The position numbers were made by a program, and so were the translations under genes. From Schizochytrium sp. TIO01 (taxonomy: Eukaryota > Protista > Bigyra: Labyrinthulomycetes), in assembly GCA_004764695.1 (NCBI GenBank), contig SMSO01000014.1:863648-927647 (forward strand): a stretch of DNA of 64,000 nt, in the 5' to 3' direction. Shown here in pieces: positions 20,262 to 32,114 of this stretch; the first letter of the stretch is position 1, and each line of letters opens with the position of its first letter. The notes under the pieces are model-generated. The model was given only the letters and a program-made list of their open reading frames with translations. It was not told the DNA's origin and ran no database searches.

Positions 20262-23200
20262 ATGCGACGATCGGTGGTGCCAGCGGCAGTGTCAAGCTAT
20301 GGCTTAGATGTCGAAAAGGAAAAGCTTATCAAAGGTCCGGGACAGGTCAAACGAGCATTGTCACTAAGCTCGCAGAGGCGACAAAAGGGACGATGTGCAA
20401 CTAGCTGCGTGACATGCATGGCACTTATTGTAGTCTTGATGGCCACAAGTTTTGTCGTGCTGCTACTAAAATTGTCAAGACTTGAAAAGCAGAACTGGAA
20501 TGCTGACTATAGCTTGCAGATGTTTGAGAAGTCTGTTCAGACACCTTCCGAATGCATCGAGCGGTGTAGACGCTCAGCAAAATCAAGCAACCAGCTAGGT
20601 ACAGACTATAAACTATTTTGCTCAGAGTTCTGCGACCACCATGCTTCTACTATCCTTCAGGAGAATGCTAATTCAATACTGGATCCAAAGTCACAGCCAG
20701 CAGAGATTCAAGAAGGTATTGCCGATTCAGCAAAACCGGAAAATATGAGATCAGGGATTATAGATGCGATTGAAAATAATAGCGCGATTGAACATGATGA
20801 GTTTGCCAATATTATGACGTCGAAAGCGAACGCTGGACCAATTTTGCCACAGATCTCTAGCGAAGTAGAGGAGTTACTAAATCTCCCGCTGAAGCCTGAG
20901 GAATATGAAGTTGAAAATACTTTAACCAAAGTTGTTAGATCTGCTTCAAAACAACTAGACAAGTCCTCCGGGATGGAGAAATATTCGCCACAAACTAACA
21001 GTATAGAAGTTGAGAACCAACCAGTCAAACCAAACCCCCCAGACGCAGATTCCAAAGTTTCGGATAGAATTCCAAACATTGCAGTCCCAAATTTGGAACT
21101 CCCTGACCAAGAGACTGATGGAGCATATACTAAATCAGATGCATCATTGTCTTCATCAACCTCATTTGTTGAAACCGAATTGACAACAGAAAAGGTCATC
21201 CAAGATGACTCGTCAACAGGAAAAATGGATAAAGAGGCACTATCTCCTCTTGCAGAAGATCTGGCCGGCTCAGCATCTCAAAAGCAGCAAATCCCATTTC
21301 CCAAACAAGTTGTAAATGACTACGAGGAAATTCAAAATAGTCTTGACAAAGACGAGTCTCTTGCCATGTGGTTACGTGCAGATAAAGGTGTCAAACTCGG
21401 CTCTGGCGAAACTGTTCAGTCTTGGCAAGACCCTACTCGAGGCATCTCATTTTTTCCAACTGCCCCTAGCACCCATACTCATGAGTTATTTGGACATGAG
21501 GTAAGTTAAAATTCTAAAATACTGGAAAGAGAAGGAGTGGATGATGAATATTAGTTTCAATTGTCAATGAGAATGCATGGATACTCACGTAAGAAAATCT
21601 TTAACCATTTTTGATTCCTACAGGACCATGTCTCAACACAAGGAGAACCTGTATTAAGCTATGAATCGCTTAAGCAACTACCACTTGTTGAATTTCCGTG
21701 TTCGATGGAAACAAGCAACCTCACTCTAACGGAGAATATGACTCTATTTTTTGTTGTACGCCCTGAAGCCTTTCTTTTTGGACCTGCTGCTCGTGGACAG
21801 AGATTTTTTGGGCACTACCCTCACGGTCAATTTCGTTTTGCTGATGCAAGCCCAAGTTTTTTTTCGGGATCCGATAGGAAGCTTGTTCGTCATGCTCTGA
21901 ACAAGGAGATTCGATCAGGGCATGGGCTGCTTTTAGTCAAGTATAAACTTGATGGAACCCACGGAACATGGGTTGGCGTCAATCGAGATCCCTTCTACCA
22001 TGTGAGCGAGCACCCAGTTGAGATCTCGAAGAAATCGCATCTTACAGTGGGCGGTGTAGACGGGGGTTGTGGTTTTCGTGGAGGTATTGCAGAAGTTCTT
22101 GTTTTTCATGGCGTCATTTCTTCACAGAAAATTGAGAAGATTGAGAGATACCTTGAGAAGCGCTGGTGGACGGACATGAGTCACCAAATTAAATCCCTGA
22201 GTGCAGAGGTTAACTTTCTGGAGACCGCTGCTGAGCTTGTCACCGCAATCCAGAAAGCTCGCCCTACAGAAGACGAAATCCCTCAGCAGGAATCGTGCAA
22301 CCATACTTCTGCAGATGTTATACACGACTATGTCAGTGCGAACATAAAGAAAATGAAACCTCTTTTCTGGCTGAAGGCGTCTGAGGGCATCGTCACTACC
22401 CCAGGGTCTAATGCAATAATGCAGTGGGAAAGCGTTGCGGCAGGAAAGCTCGTTTCTTTTGCCAACCCAGTGGATGGTCGTGTTCTTCCACGCTTGAGTA
22501 CATCGACCAGAGATTCTTGCTTAAAGTTTGTTGAGTTTGGCTGTGCAATGACTCTGCAACGCACTCAGCTCACTATACCTTTGACACTTTATGTAGTCGT
22601 TCGGCCATCCACGGACCCAGAGTCCGCTCATCAAAGAATTTTTGGCCACTTTCCCAACGGAGGTTTCATTTTTGATGGTAAGAAGGCTGGTTTCAAGTCA
22701 AAGCATGGGTATCTTTTCCCAAGAACATCGCAGAAGAACCTTCGAGGCGCAGCCCCTTCTGATGGAGATGTTGACATGTCTGAGTTTCACATTCTCAAAT
22801 TCCGAATCAGTGAAAAATCAGGTGTGGAAGTTGGGAGTTCACACACAAAAGATTTTACAAGTGTTGGGGTTCATCATGATGCTCTCTTTTCCATCAATCA
22901 GAAGCTGTCTCTTGGTGGAACAAATGGAGGCTGTGAGTTTTCTGGCGGAATTGGGGAGCTTATGGCATTTTCTAGCCCTCTCACGGATGCTCAGGATATT
23001 GTAGTTATGAAATACCTCACGGGAAAGTGGCATCACAAGAGTAGCACCACAACTGTAATGGACCAGGCCACGCCTAACACTGATGAGAAATGCGTCACTT
23101 ACAAGAAAGGGGATACGTCTACGATTATGGACTGGCTGCCTGATGCTGATGTCGTTGTATCAAGGCAGCAAAGAGAAGAATGGCATTCATTGGTTCATAA

Positions 23201-24158
23201 GCTCAAACTTGAAATTGCGCGAGCCGAGCCAACGCGAAAACTACTGTTGGACCGTACTGCACGCGCAGAACTAGTGCAACATAGAGTACGCATTTTTGGC
23301 GAGCCTTGCAAGACAACAAAATTTAAGACGAATGAGGTTGTTCCCCCCCCGAAGCATATCATTCGTCGTGAAGAACCTGTTACACGAGAGAGTATTAAAG
23401 ACTCGTTGAACCAAGCAAAACATGCAACCTTAAGCAACACTGAGTCTACAAATAACGTAGAGACAGCTACGACTGAAAGTGCAACTTCATCGTCAACGTC
23501 ACTAACGTCTTCTACAACAACAAGCACGGCATCAGGGTCTAAATGTAAGGGCATTACGCGACCGGCGACCAACATGATTTTAGAATGGACAGTGCCATCT
23601 GGCGCATCTTCTGACGCAAGATACGAATGGGAAGATGCGACGGACAAAGTGCGTACAAATCTTGCGAAGATGGTTGTCGGAGGACCGGCTTTGCAGCAAT
23701 ACTTGAAGCAACAAGCTCGGTATCTTAATAATTTGCGAGACAGACTGTTTGCTGATGTATGTGACGATGAACCACGTCCAAAGACCGTGCAGATCACAGA
23801 CTCTTCGGCTTCGACAAGCAACACTGAAAATCCAAGTGTTACTTCTTCTTCTTCTTCTTCTTCTTCTTTAAATACTTCAATCACAGCAAAGCTTCAAGGT
23901 GCTTCTGAAAAATCAACCGTAGCTGTTGATGCTAAGTGTGACGGAAACCAAGATATTTTACAATGGAAGGCACCTTCAACTGCACCAAAGTCATCCCTAG
24001 AGTCTTGGGATGATGTTGTAGAAAAGGCTAAAGATGAGATTAGCAAATTCTTGGTTGGTGGTAAAGCATTGGAAACATTTCTGAAGACGCAGATTCGCAC
24101 TTTAAAACGTGCTCGATACGATTTGTTTTCTTCTCTATGTTCTAACCTTGACCTTTGA
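20262..24158 (+). CDS. Type II membrane protein, about 1257 aa (exons 20262-21500, 21624-24158), with two LamG/concanavalin-like domains and three C-terminal helical repeats
   Basis: N-terminal TM segment MALIVVLMATSFVVLLL. A phase-0 intron joins the two ORFs in frame. Duplicated motifs WLRADKGV/WLKASEGI, QRFFGHYPHG/QRIFGHFPNG and FRGGIAEVLVF/FSGGIGELMAF. Confidence 0.85.
21501..21623 (+). other. Spliceosomal intron, 123 nt, phase 0
   Basis: GAG|GTAAGT ... TTCCTACAG|GAC; removal restores a continuous frame. Confidence 0.9.
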
Positions 24159-24681
24159 TGTAACTGAGTTTGGTGTGTCAAACTTCAAATGTGTATGGAA
24201 GTCCGTTGTGGAGTAGTTCTCTGCTCATATCTACATAAATTTGCAAGTTATCAACGAATTAAGGATATTATCCATTGTATTGTTTATATCAACTCTTCCA
24301 ACCTCCCTTTCCCTTCTCCTTTTCTTTAAAAATTTATATATATTCAATAAAATAAAATAGTGCAAGTCTAAATTTTCCGCCTGCAATGAGTTGGCAGCAG
24401 GTCTGGAAACGCAGTTTTAAAAAAAAAAAGTAACTATGGGTTTTAGTTTTTTTAGAAGATATCTAAAATAGATTAGGAAGGCGGCCTGCGATAAGAGAGG
24501 TTGTATACTTTTTGGGAAGCCTCTGTAAGAAGATTTTATGCCGTAATAGATAAAGATCAACATATTTCAGCCTTTTCCTGAAGAGCTAGACGAGATGTCA
24601 ATTGACAAGAACTGTGTGCATGAGAAAGAATGTCAAAAAGTGTGTAATGATGAGTGACACAGAAATGTACTACGACTATGT

Positions 24682-25764
24682 TTACTTGCGGGTGGCTTTC
24701 CTCCGTTTGTTATTGTTGAAGGCGTTCTTCTTTTTGTTGTTGTTGTTGTTTAGGTGGCGTTTCTGCAGAGCAGCAAGACCTACGCGTTCTCTCCTTCCGC
24801 CATTAAGGAACTGTGCAGCGAAGTTCTGAACGCTCTCGTCCATGCCAACGAGCTCCTCGTCTTCGCTCTCATGCATGACGGAGTCCAAATCTTCGTCTTC
24901 GAAGACAGTGCGGCGTTTTGTGTCTTGGTAGATGGTGACCTCACGTCCGTTTTGTGTGGTTGTGAATGCAAGCTGAATGTTGTCACTACGGGCCTTAGGC
25001 TGGACAATCTCGTCTTCGGGGCGCGTACCTCCAACAACCACGGGGCCCTTGGCCTTGCGCTTTTTCTTGTCCTGTTTCTCATCCTCGTGTTCTTCCTGAG
25101 ATTTCTTTGCCTCGAGGACTGCCTCAAGGAGGTCCTCCGGAAGCTCTTCCTCGTCGAGGTCATCCGCTTTGGTCGTTTCAAGAATCCGCTCTGCGCGCTT
25201 GGCGACGCTGCGACCGCCGCGTTTTGTTTTTTTCTTGGCCGAGACTGCTTCATCCGAGTCCTTCTGCGTCGCAATTTCCTCTCGCACAGCGACCTGAGTG
25301 ATTTCCTCTGGTGCCTCGTCGTCTGAGCTCTCAATGATTTCAGCTGCCTCTTCCTCCATATTCACCGCTTCTTCATCTTCGTCATCTTCAGCTGCATCCT
25401 CCGCATCATCTTCTGCGCTGTCTTCGTCACTGTCTCCTTCTTCAGCGATTTCTGCGTCATCCGATTCATTTTCCTCATCATCAGACTCCTCATCGCCCTC
25501 ATCCACGCCGTTTTCGACGACAGTCTCTAGCTCCTGTGCAAGAGTTGCACCAGCCTTGGACTCGCTGACATCCTCACCTTCGCTAGAGCTGGATTCCAGG
25601 TCAGACCTCTCAATGGCATCGGAAGCCTCATTCTTCAATGCCTGTTGTCTGCGAGTGATTCTTCTCGGCGTCTGAGCAGCGCTCATGCTGATGCCATTCA
25701 CATCCTGGCTGCTCTCGCTCTCGCCAGAATCTGCTCTGCGCCTCCGCGACCTTGTCACCGGCAT
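24682..25764 (-). CDS. Acidic/basic nucleolar protein, NOL7/Utp16(Bud21)-like
   Basis: 360-aa ORF with D/E tracts, an SSDDEAPEEIT motif, LPEDLLE, and a K/R-rich C-terminus. Confidence 0.6.
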   Translation of the reverse strand: MPVTRSRRRRADSGESESSQDVNGISMSAAQTPRRITRRQQALKNEASDAIERSDLESSSSEGEDVSESKAGATLAQELETVVENGVDEGDEESDDEENESDDAEIAEEGDSDEDSAEDDAEDAAEDDEDEEAVNMEEEAAEIIESSDDEAPEEITQVAVREEIATQKDSDEAVSAKKKTKRGGRSVAKRAERILETTKADDLDEEELPEDLLEAVLEAKKSQEEHEDEKQDKKKRKAKGPVVVGGTRPEDEIVQPKARSDNIQLAFTTTQNGREVTIYQDTKRRTVFEDEDLDSVMHESEDEELVGMDESVQNFAAQFLNGGRRERVGLAALQKRHLNNNNNKKKNAFNNNKRRKATRK

Positions 25765-26672
25765 CTTGACAATACGCCTAGTTCTTTTCTATTCCTCCTC
25801 GCAGAAGCCTCCTCCCGCGATTCCGTCTCTGGCGTCGCTCTTCGAGAGGGCCTCGAGTCCTCTTCTACACAGATCACAGTACAGAATGCGAGTGAGGTCT
25901 CTTCGGCCAGTGCTTTTCCTCTCTTTTCGCTCTTCAATTAAACATGTAATTGTGCCTAACAGGCAATAGGACACTCCTACCTCGCATGTCCTAGCCACCC
26001 CTACTGCGTTTACTGATTACTCGTGAGGTATTCAACAATTAACGCATAGCTATCAATAGGTCCCATAATAAATATAATTATTCTTGCCCAGCCAATCGAT
26101 GGAAAGCGGGACAGGGCCTAGTGAAGGATAAGCGACTCCTATGCAGGGAATTGGCCAGTCAGTCTGAGCAGAACTGGGAGAGGTGAGGGTGAAGATGCGG
26201 ATGAGGATAAGGTTGGGGATAAGGACGAGGGTGAAGATGAAGATGGGGTTGAGAAGTGGCCAATTGGATTTAAAGGAAAGTTTTGAGTTTAGTTGGTTGT
26301 TGACACGTAGGATGTTGTAAGTATCAGGGGTTGATTGAAAGTGTGCGGTATGCGAGCATTGATTTTGTTGGACGAATGTAGCAACAAAGGTGAGGGTCAA
26401 AATTCGCCGGGACAAGTTGGAGAACTGCTTCTATTTATAGAATGACGAACGACGAATGATGAATGATAGAATCATCCATCATGATAAACCTGGAATTTGA
26501 TTAAATTTCTAGCAGGGATACGAGCACCTCGTAGCCACTTGGTTGGCATTTTTAGTATGATTGTTTGAGCTACAGGGCAGAAGGTAAGAAGAACTGAATA
26601 GTAGTGATGAAGATATATGTGTTAAAAATCATGTACCGAGGCGCGTTACAGAGACAGAGTGAATCAGATCTA

Positions 26673-28086
26673 TTAGGAGAGGAGGGCCGAGACAAGAAGA
26701 ACAACAAAGGCACCAACAAAGGTAGGTGACAACATGATGCCAGAACTGGGCGTGGCAGGAGCTCCAGTGATGCCGCCATTATTGTCAGAACCGGGTGTAG
26801 GTGATGCTGTGGTGGGAGCGATGGTAGGAAAAGCAGTTTCGCCCTCCTCAGTTGGGGTCCGGGTCGGCTCTGCAGTGGGTGAACCTGTAGGAGACGCCGA
26901 CGGGGAGCTTGTAGGCTCCGGGGTAATGACGAGAGAGCAGTTGGCAATCAAGCTACCGTTGTTCGGGATGTCTGAGTAAAGAGAGGAGAAAATCGGAGAT
27001 GCACCACAGATCTCGGAAGAGCGAACGTAGACACTCTTCAGTGATGTGCTGGAAATGTCAGGGACTTCGCCTTGAAGTTTGTTGTCAGAAAGGATTAGGT
27101 TGCGCAGGTTGGGAAGCGCAGTAATGGAGCTCGGAATCTCTCCAGAGAGCTCATTTTTGTTCAGCCAGAGGCCAGTGAGTGCAGTAAGACTTCCAAGCGA
27201 AGAGGGAATTTCACCGGACAGGTCATTATCATAAAGCTCAAGGCTTCCCAAGTTGGTCAGTGTGCTAAGACTAGAAGGAATGCTACCGTTTAGGTTGTTG
27301 AGGTTGAAGTTGAGAGAAGTCAACTTCGTGAGTGCACTAATGCTGTCGGGAATCGAGCCCGTGAGTCCGTTATCGGGGAGCCACCTGTGCATGTCATAAG
27401 ATAAATCATCCATATCGATCATTTCACACAGTTAGTATAAACCATATCCTACGAATTTATGCGAGTCTTGTTGTCTATGCGGGAGCATCTTTTGAATATA
27501 AACGTACAGGAATTCTAGATTTGTAAGAGCTGAGATGGAGTCCGGAATGGAGGCCTCAAAGTCGGCGCCCTGAATGTGCCTAAGTAAGTTGTCGTCGTCA
27601 AATTAAATAAGCAAAGAAACAAATATATGGCGATTGCCATTGTCGAGTCTTCAAGTTAGTCTATCATATTAAGGTCTCGCCTTCTTCCAAACCATAATTG
27701 CTGCCGCGAGCAAGATTCCCAACGACCCCCAGTAATATAGGCAACTTAGGAAGCCTTCAGTTGAGGTGTGCGTCATTGTTGTATAATGCCATCGTCATCA
27801 CAGCGACCCAGGCTTTAAGCCCAACTTACAACCACTTGAGGTCCGTGAGCTCCGCAATACTGCTGGAGAAGTCTCCTGAGAGTGCTACGCGCACGTTATT
27901 CGCGTTGTACGACGTGCAAGTCACCGATGTGAGGCCCGATCTGAGCTCGACGAGATCTGCAATGGTTGTGGCATCATCGCAGTCCTTGTTGCACACGCAA
28001 AACGCTGCCGATTGCTGCAGGAGCGCGGCCACGCAGAGCACCACGACCACTGCTGCCGAGCGAGTCCCGGCCCGCGTCAAAGTCAT
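26673..28086 (-). CDS. Secreted, probably GPI-anchored plant-type LRR protein, 346 aa (exons 28086-27830, 27579-27508, 27384-26673)
   Basis: Signal peptide, LxxLxxLxLxxNxLSGEIPSSLG repeats, a P/T/S-rich stalk and a hydrophobic C-terminal tail. Introns GTAAGT..TAG (27829-27580) and GTACGT..CAG (27507-27385) are both phase 2. Exon lengths sum to 1041 nt. Confidence 0.88.
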
Positions 28087-29774
28087 CTTGGCTGTTGTCG
28101 TCGAGATCGATCGAGATTTGATTCCTTTCGAGCGCTACTACTACGACCTAATTATCGTGGAGTCGAAGTTCAATGGAAAACCAAAAAACTAACAGGTACT
28201 AACGACTAGGTAGGTAGGTACCTGCTACTCCTAGCAGGAAGAGAACTCAGCTTTAATTTAATTAAAACTTTAAGCAAACTCCTTATTTACTTATCAATCT
28301 AATCTGTTAATGTGTTAATTAATTTATTATTCATTCATTTATTCAGCTTATAAAGAGTGACGGGAGAAAGAAACTTTCAAGAAAATGGAGAGAAACACCA
28401 CTTTGGATGGCTCCCTCCACTCCGGCTGTTGCATCAGTCAGTTGGCTGGCCTCTGCGCCTGTCAGAAAATCCCGAGATTCCTAGAACCCGCGTCGCCTTC
28501 GAGGTCCTCTGCTCTGCCTTGACTCCGTTCTGGCGCTTGTCTCAGCGTCTTCGCACGATTGTTGGGCTCCCAAGGACTGGAGAGAGGAAACGAAAAAACT
28601 TTTGAGAGATCAACTTTTCAGTTCCTCCATTGTCTTTCTGGGCACGCAGTTTAACCCCGTTCCGCTAACAGCGGGACCCGCCATGAGAGGCTCAAACTGG
28701 CGGCGTACATTTGTGCATCTGTTACCAAAACAGGAAACATGGCTGGCAGACCGTGCTCATTAAATGTTTTTCTTTTGGGTAAGTGATGAGAGGAAGACCG
28801 ATGAGCACGTGATGAGCGGCGAACGAACTTCGAAACCTCGATTCGAAGCTGCGTTTTGCCTGCACCAAATGAACGCTCCAAAGAAAAGCTTCTCCGGCCG
28901 AATGCTGCCCTCGAGGAGGCTCTCGCCGGCACCTCATCTGCTCTATTTCCCACTGCCCATGCTTGCACCGCAATGAATGGAAATGGCCAACTTGCTCGCG
29001 CGGAGCGTGGAGGCGGTACAGGACGTTTATTACGCACACTCTTGGCGCTATGGAGAGGAGCGGGAAACAATCATAGCAAAATAAATAAACATACAAATAC
29101 AAACAAACAAACGAACGATACTTAATGACTTGGCGTCTCAATGTTAGAGCGTCTAGGCCCCGTAAAAGAAAGAAATGATGAGGAGCCGAGGACGTGTGAC
29201 GCACATCCATCTTTTTTAAGATCGTACGCATCGCGTTTGCATTGAAATCATCGATGCCAATCGAGAGATTGAGGTTACCTTAAAGCGGGGAACTCTTCCA
29301 CGGCCAAGATGGCGCCCCCAGAGGCCTACCGTTTAGGATAGAAGGTCACTAAAGCCGCCGGCAGTCAGATCTGTTATCAAAAGTAGTTAGAAGTTATTAG
29401 CGTTAGTGGGCATGAATGACTGATGTAGACCCGCTAGGAGTTACCTATGTAGGTACTAGAGGGAGCAGAAACTCGAGGAGGTATCGCCGTGCTTTGTTTG
29501 TAGCAGGAGCCTTTTGCTTTTCAGGCTGCTTTGGCTTCTCAGGAACAGCAGCCAGGCTGTAGGAAGGGAGTCTGCAGCTTGCAGCCTCGGGCGGTATCTT
29601 GCAGACCTCGTTCATCGTGGCGGATATGCTTGCTTGCTTTCTTGCGTAGGAATTACGATACGGTCAAAAACGACTGCCTTCACGGGTGTTATGGCGCCGT
29701 AAAGGAGTGGTAGGCGAGAGGCTAACTGCCATGATAATGGAGCGTAATGTGGACTGGAAAGTAGGGTATAGCGA

Positions 29775-29837
29775 ATAGTCTACTGTGTAGAGAGCGATAG
29801 TTGACTATGTAGAGCGGAATAGTTGACTGTGTAGAGG
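29775..29837 (+). repeat. Three imperfect tandem copies of ATAGT(C/T)(T/G)ACT(G/A)TGTAGAG, period about 22 nt
   Basis: atagtctactgtgtagag, atagttgactatgtagag, atagttgactgtgtagag. Confidence 0.8.
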
Positions 29838-30054
29838 AAAATGAGGCTCTTGTGGAGGTGCCGCTTTGTTTGAGGCAGCGGCGGAGAAAGAAATGAGCTC
29901 AAAATCTGTTGAGCTTAAAATCTAATCTTGATCTTTAAATCGCAGGACCAAAGCCCGCAACAGCTGCGCCAAAGAGCCCGGGTCACCTCCGGTTCTAGTC
30001 TCTACAGGCACATTTGAACGGTCGAAGAAGCTCCCTAGTTCTGCAAACTAGGCG

Positions 30055-30276
30055 ATGAGCGTGCCAGCGACAACGGTGCAGGCTCTGCGAGAGGTGGCAG
30101 GCGCCTTGAGAGATGTGGGCGCGAATGTACAGAGTATGAACGATCAGCTCGAGGAAACATTGGCAGCCGCCCAGCGGGAAACTAACACGTTAGCGGCAAC
30201 GCTGGAGACGTTTGAAGAGGCCTCACTCGCGTCGAACGAGCATGACGTCCCCGCCAAGCGCGCCCGCACCGCGTGA
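30055..30276 (+). CDS. 73-aa coiled-coil ORF resembling DASH/Dam1 complex subunit Dad1 (or Dad4); alternatively the N-terminus of ADAT3 if a frameshift is corrected
   Basis: ATG in a GCGATG context. LREVAGALRDVGANVQSMNDQLEETLAAAQRETNTLAATLETF follows the remembered Dad1 pattern LxEIxxxMxxVxxNLxxLNxxLExxxxVGxEFxxVxxLWxxF. Ends in NLS-like PAKRART. Confidence 0.5.
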   Translation: MSVPATTVQALREVAGALRDVGANVQSMNDQLEETLAAAQRETNTLAATLETFEEASLASNEHDVPAKRARTA

Positions 30277-31668
30277 GGCCAACTCTGTAGCAGAAGTGGC
30301 GCATCATGGAGATTATCGAATTGGCGACTTGAAACCTGAAAGCGAAGGGGAGCGACGACAAAGCGCATCGGAGGATGCAGAAGTCTCAAAAGATGGAAAT
30401 GCTTGTGCCGATAGACTTGACGGGATAGAGCGACGTGGCCTGGTGCAGGTGTTGTCCCGGGATCATGAGCAACTACAGATGAGACGTGATCTAGCGGCAC
30501 GAGGACTGGCTACGGAGCCGCCAGAGACGCGGCGAGCTTTATGCGGGACGCTCAAGGACAAACGAGACACAGGAAAGGTTCTTGCTGCTTTACGCGGAGT
30601 TCACTCCTGCGATCTTCCGGAGGAACTTGCGCACGTACGACGTATCTCCAAGGGTGCTGATGGAAAAGACGCCGCCGTCCAAATTCTTCTTTGTGTCCTT
30701 CCCGAGAAGAAAACAACGCAGAGCAATATCACACAAAATCAAACAAAATATGGAAACGCAATACGTAACGACAAAGATGACCGTCCAGAAAACAAAAGCG
30801 ATGATGAAATAAACAATGATCGTAGCAGCGATAAAATTGAAGTAGAAAATATCACCGAGAGTCACAGTCACCGAGAAGATGTTGAAGAAGAAGACCTAAG
30901 CTCAGAGATTCCCAAAGATATTGAGGCTATTCGTGACAAGTTTGAGCTACTTCGATGTGTACGTGTCCCAGCTGGAGCTCCTGTGAGCTACGAAGAGGCA
31001 AGGGATTGGACACGACGATTCTGGGCCATTAATTTTAGCGAACTGAGGTCAGGCCTGAGCCGAAAGCCTGGAATGGATATAGTAAACATCGAAGAGATCG
31101 AAACAGAGATGACTCAGGCGCTTGAGATGCTGGCGCTGGTGGAAAAAATGAGTGATGAAAATGGCGGCAGGGACTCGGCTCTTGTTGTAGAACCCATCAG
31201 CGGTGTTGTGGTTGGCCGTGGGTTGGACCTTACAGAGGAGCTAGACCATCCCCTCAGGCATGCAGCAATGAATTGTATAACGAGACATGTGAAGCAATTC
31301 TTCGCACCCGTAGAAAACATGAGAGTGCTACAGAACATGGAGCGAAACGTCAGAAAATTGAGACCGAAGACAAAGAGGCCGGACAGGAGACAGCTGCTCC
31401 TGCGAATGCCTCCGCACAAGATGATGGAGAGGGAAGCTTCCCAGGATTTGATCCCGTCAACACATACCTCTGCACTGGTCTAGATGCTTATCTGTCAAGA
31501 GAGCCATGTCCCATGTGCGCAATGGCTCTCCTTCACAGTCGTGTTCGCCGTGTCTTCTATAGTAAACCAAATCCTAGGCGTGGTGCACTTGGATCAAAGG
31601 AACGTATTCATTGTCACAAGCAGCTCAATCATCACTTCCAGGTATTCACTTATAACAACTCTAATTAG
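30275..31668 (+). CDS. ADAT3: tRNA adenosine-34 deaminase non-catalytic subunit ADAT3/Tad3; start unresolved; internal frameshift near 31279
   Basis: N-domain [26 protein letters not shown] and [11 protein letters not shown] (HAA replaces HAE). Continues in another frame as [48 protein letters not shown]. Confidence 0.9.
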
Positions 31669-32114
31669 GTGAACCTTAATTTCCATGATGTGTTCACTTG
31701 CTTCTTTTCTCATAGGCCGCAACATTTGTTCCTATTGTGGTAAATTAGAATTCAATTGACTTGTCCCAATAGAGCCCCCCTCCTTTTTTATAGAGCAGTC
31801 ATTTCTTGAAAGCTAAATTTGTTGTTGTTCTTTTACTTATATTTAATCTAAATTTTAAAGTTAAAACTAAATTGAATAGTGTATGCAGATCGCTTTGCTT
31901 ATAGAGATTTACAACACAAAATTGGGAAAAGTTAAAGAAGGACATAGACCATATTTGAATTAGGATAAATCATTTTGATAAATCATCAAGATTTCAATTG
32001 ATTCATAATGCCCCAGTTTAAGTAACACCATCTTCGTGAAAATGACGGTACCAATTGTGCTGCTATGTTCTCTAGAGGTATCTTATTTGCAAGAAACACA
32101 AGCTCGAATTTCAT

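Noticed and set aside
20708-25675. Long antisense ORFs (20708-21199, 23195-23884, 24754-25326, 25298-25675)
   Set aside because: Shadows of Ser/Thr- and Asp/Glu-rich sense genes
26179-26256. Degenerate hexamer tract (GAGGGT/GAAGAT) as telomeric repeat or coding exon
   Set aside because: Too degenerate; no splice or ORF support
27698-29231. ORFs 27698-28192, 28651-29070 and 28722-29231
   Set aside because: Antisense to LRR exon 1 or within intergenic DNA; no protein-like motifs
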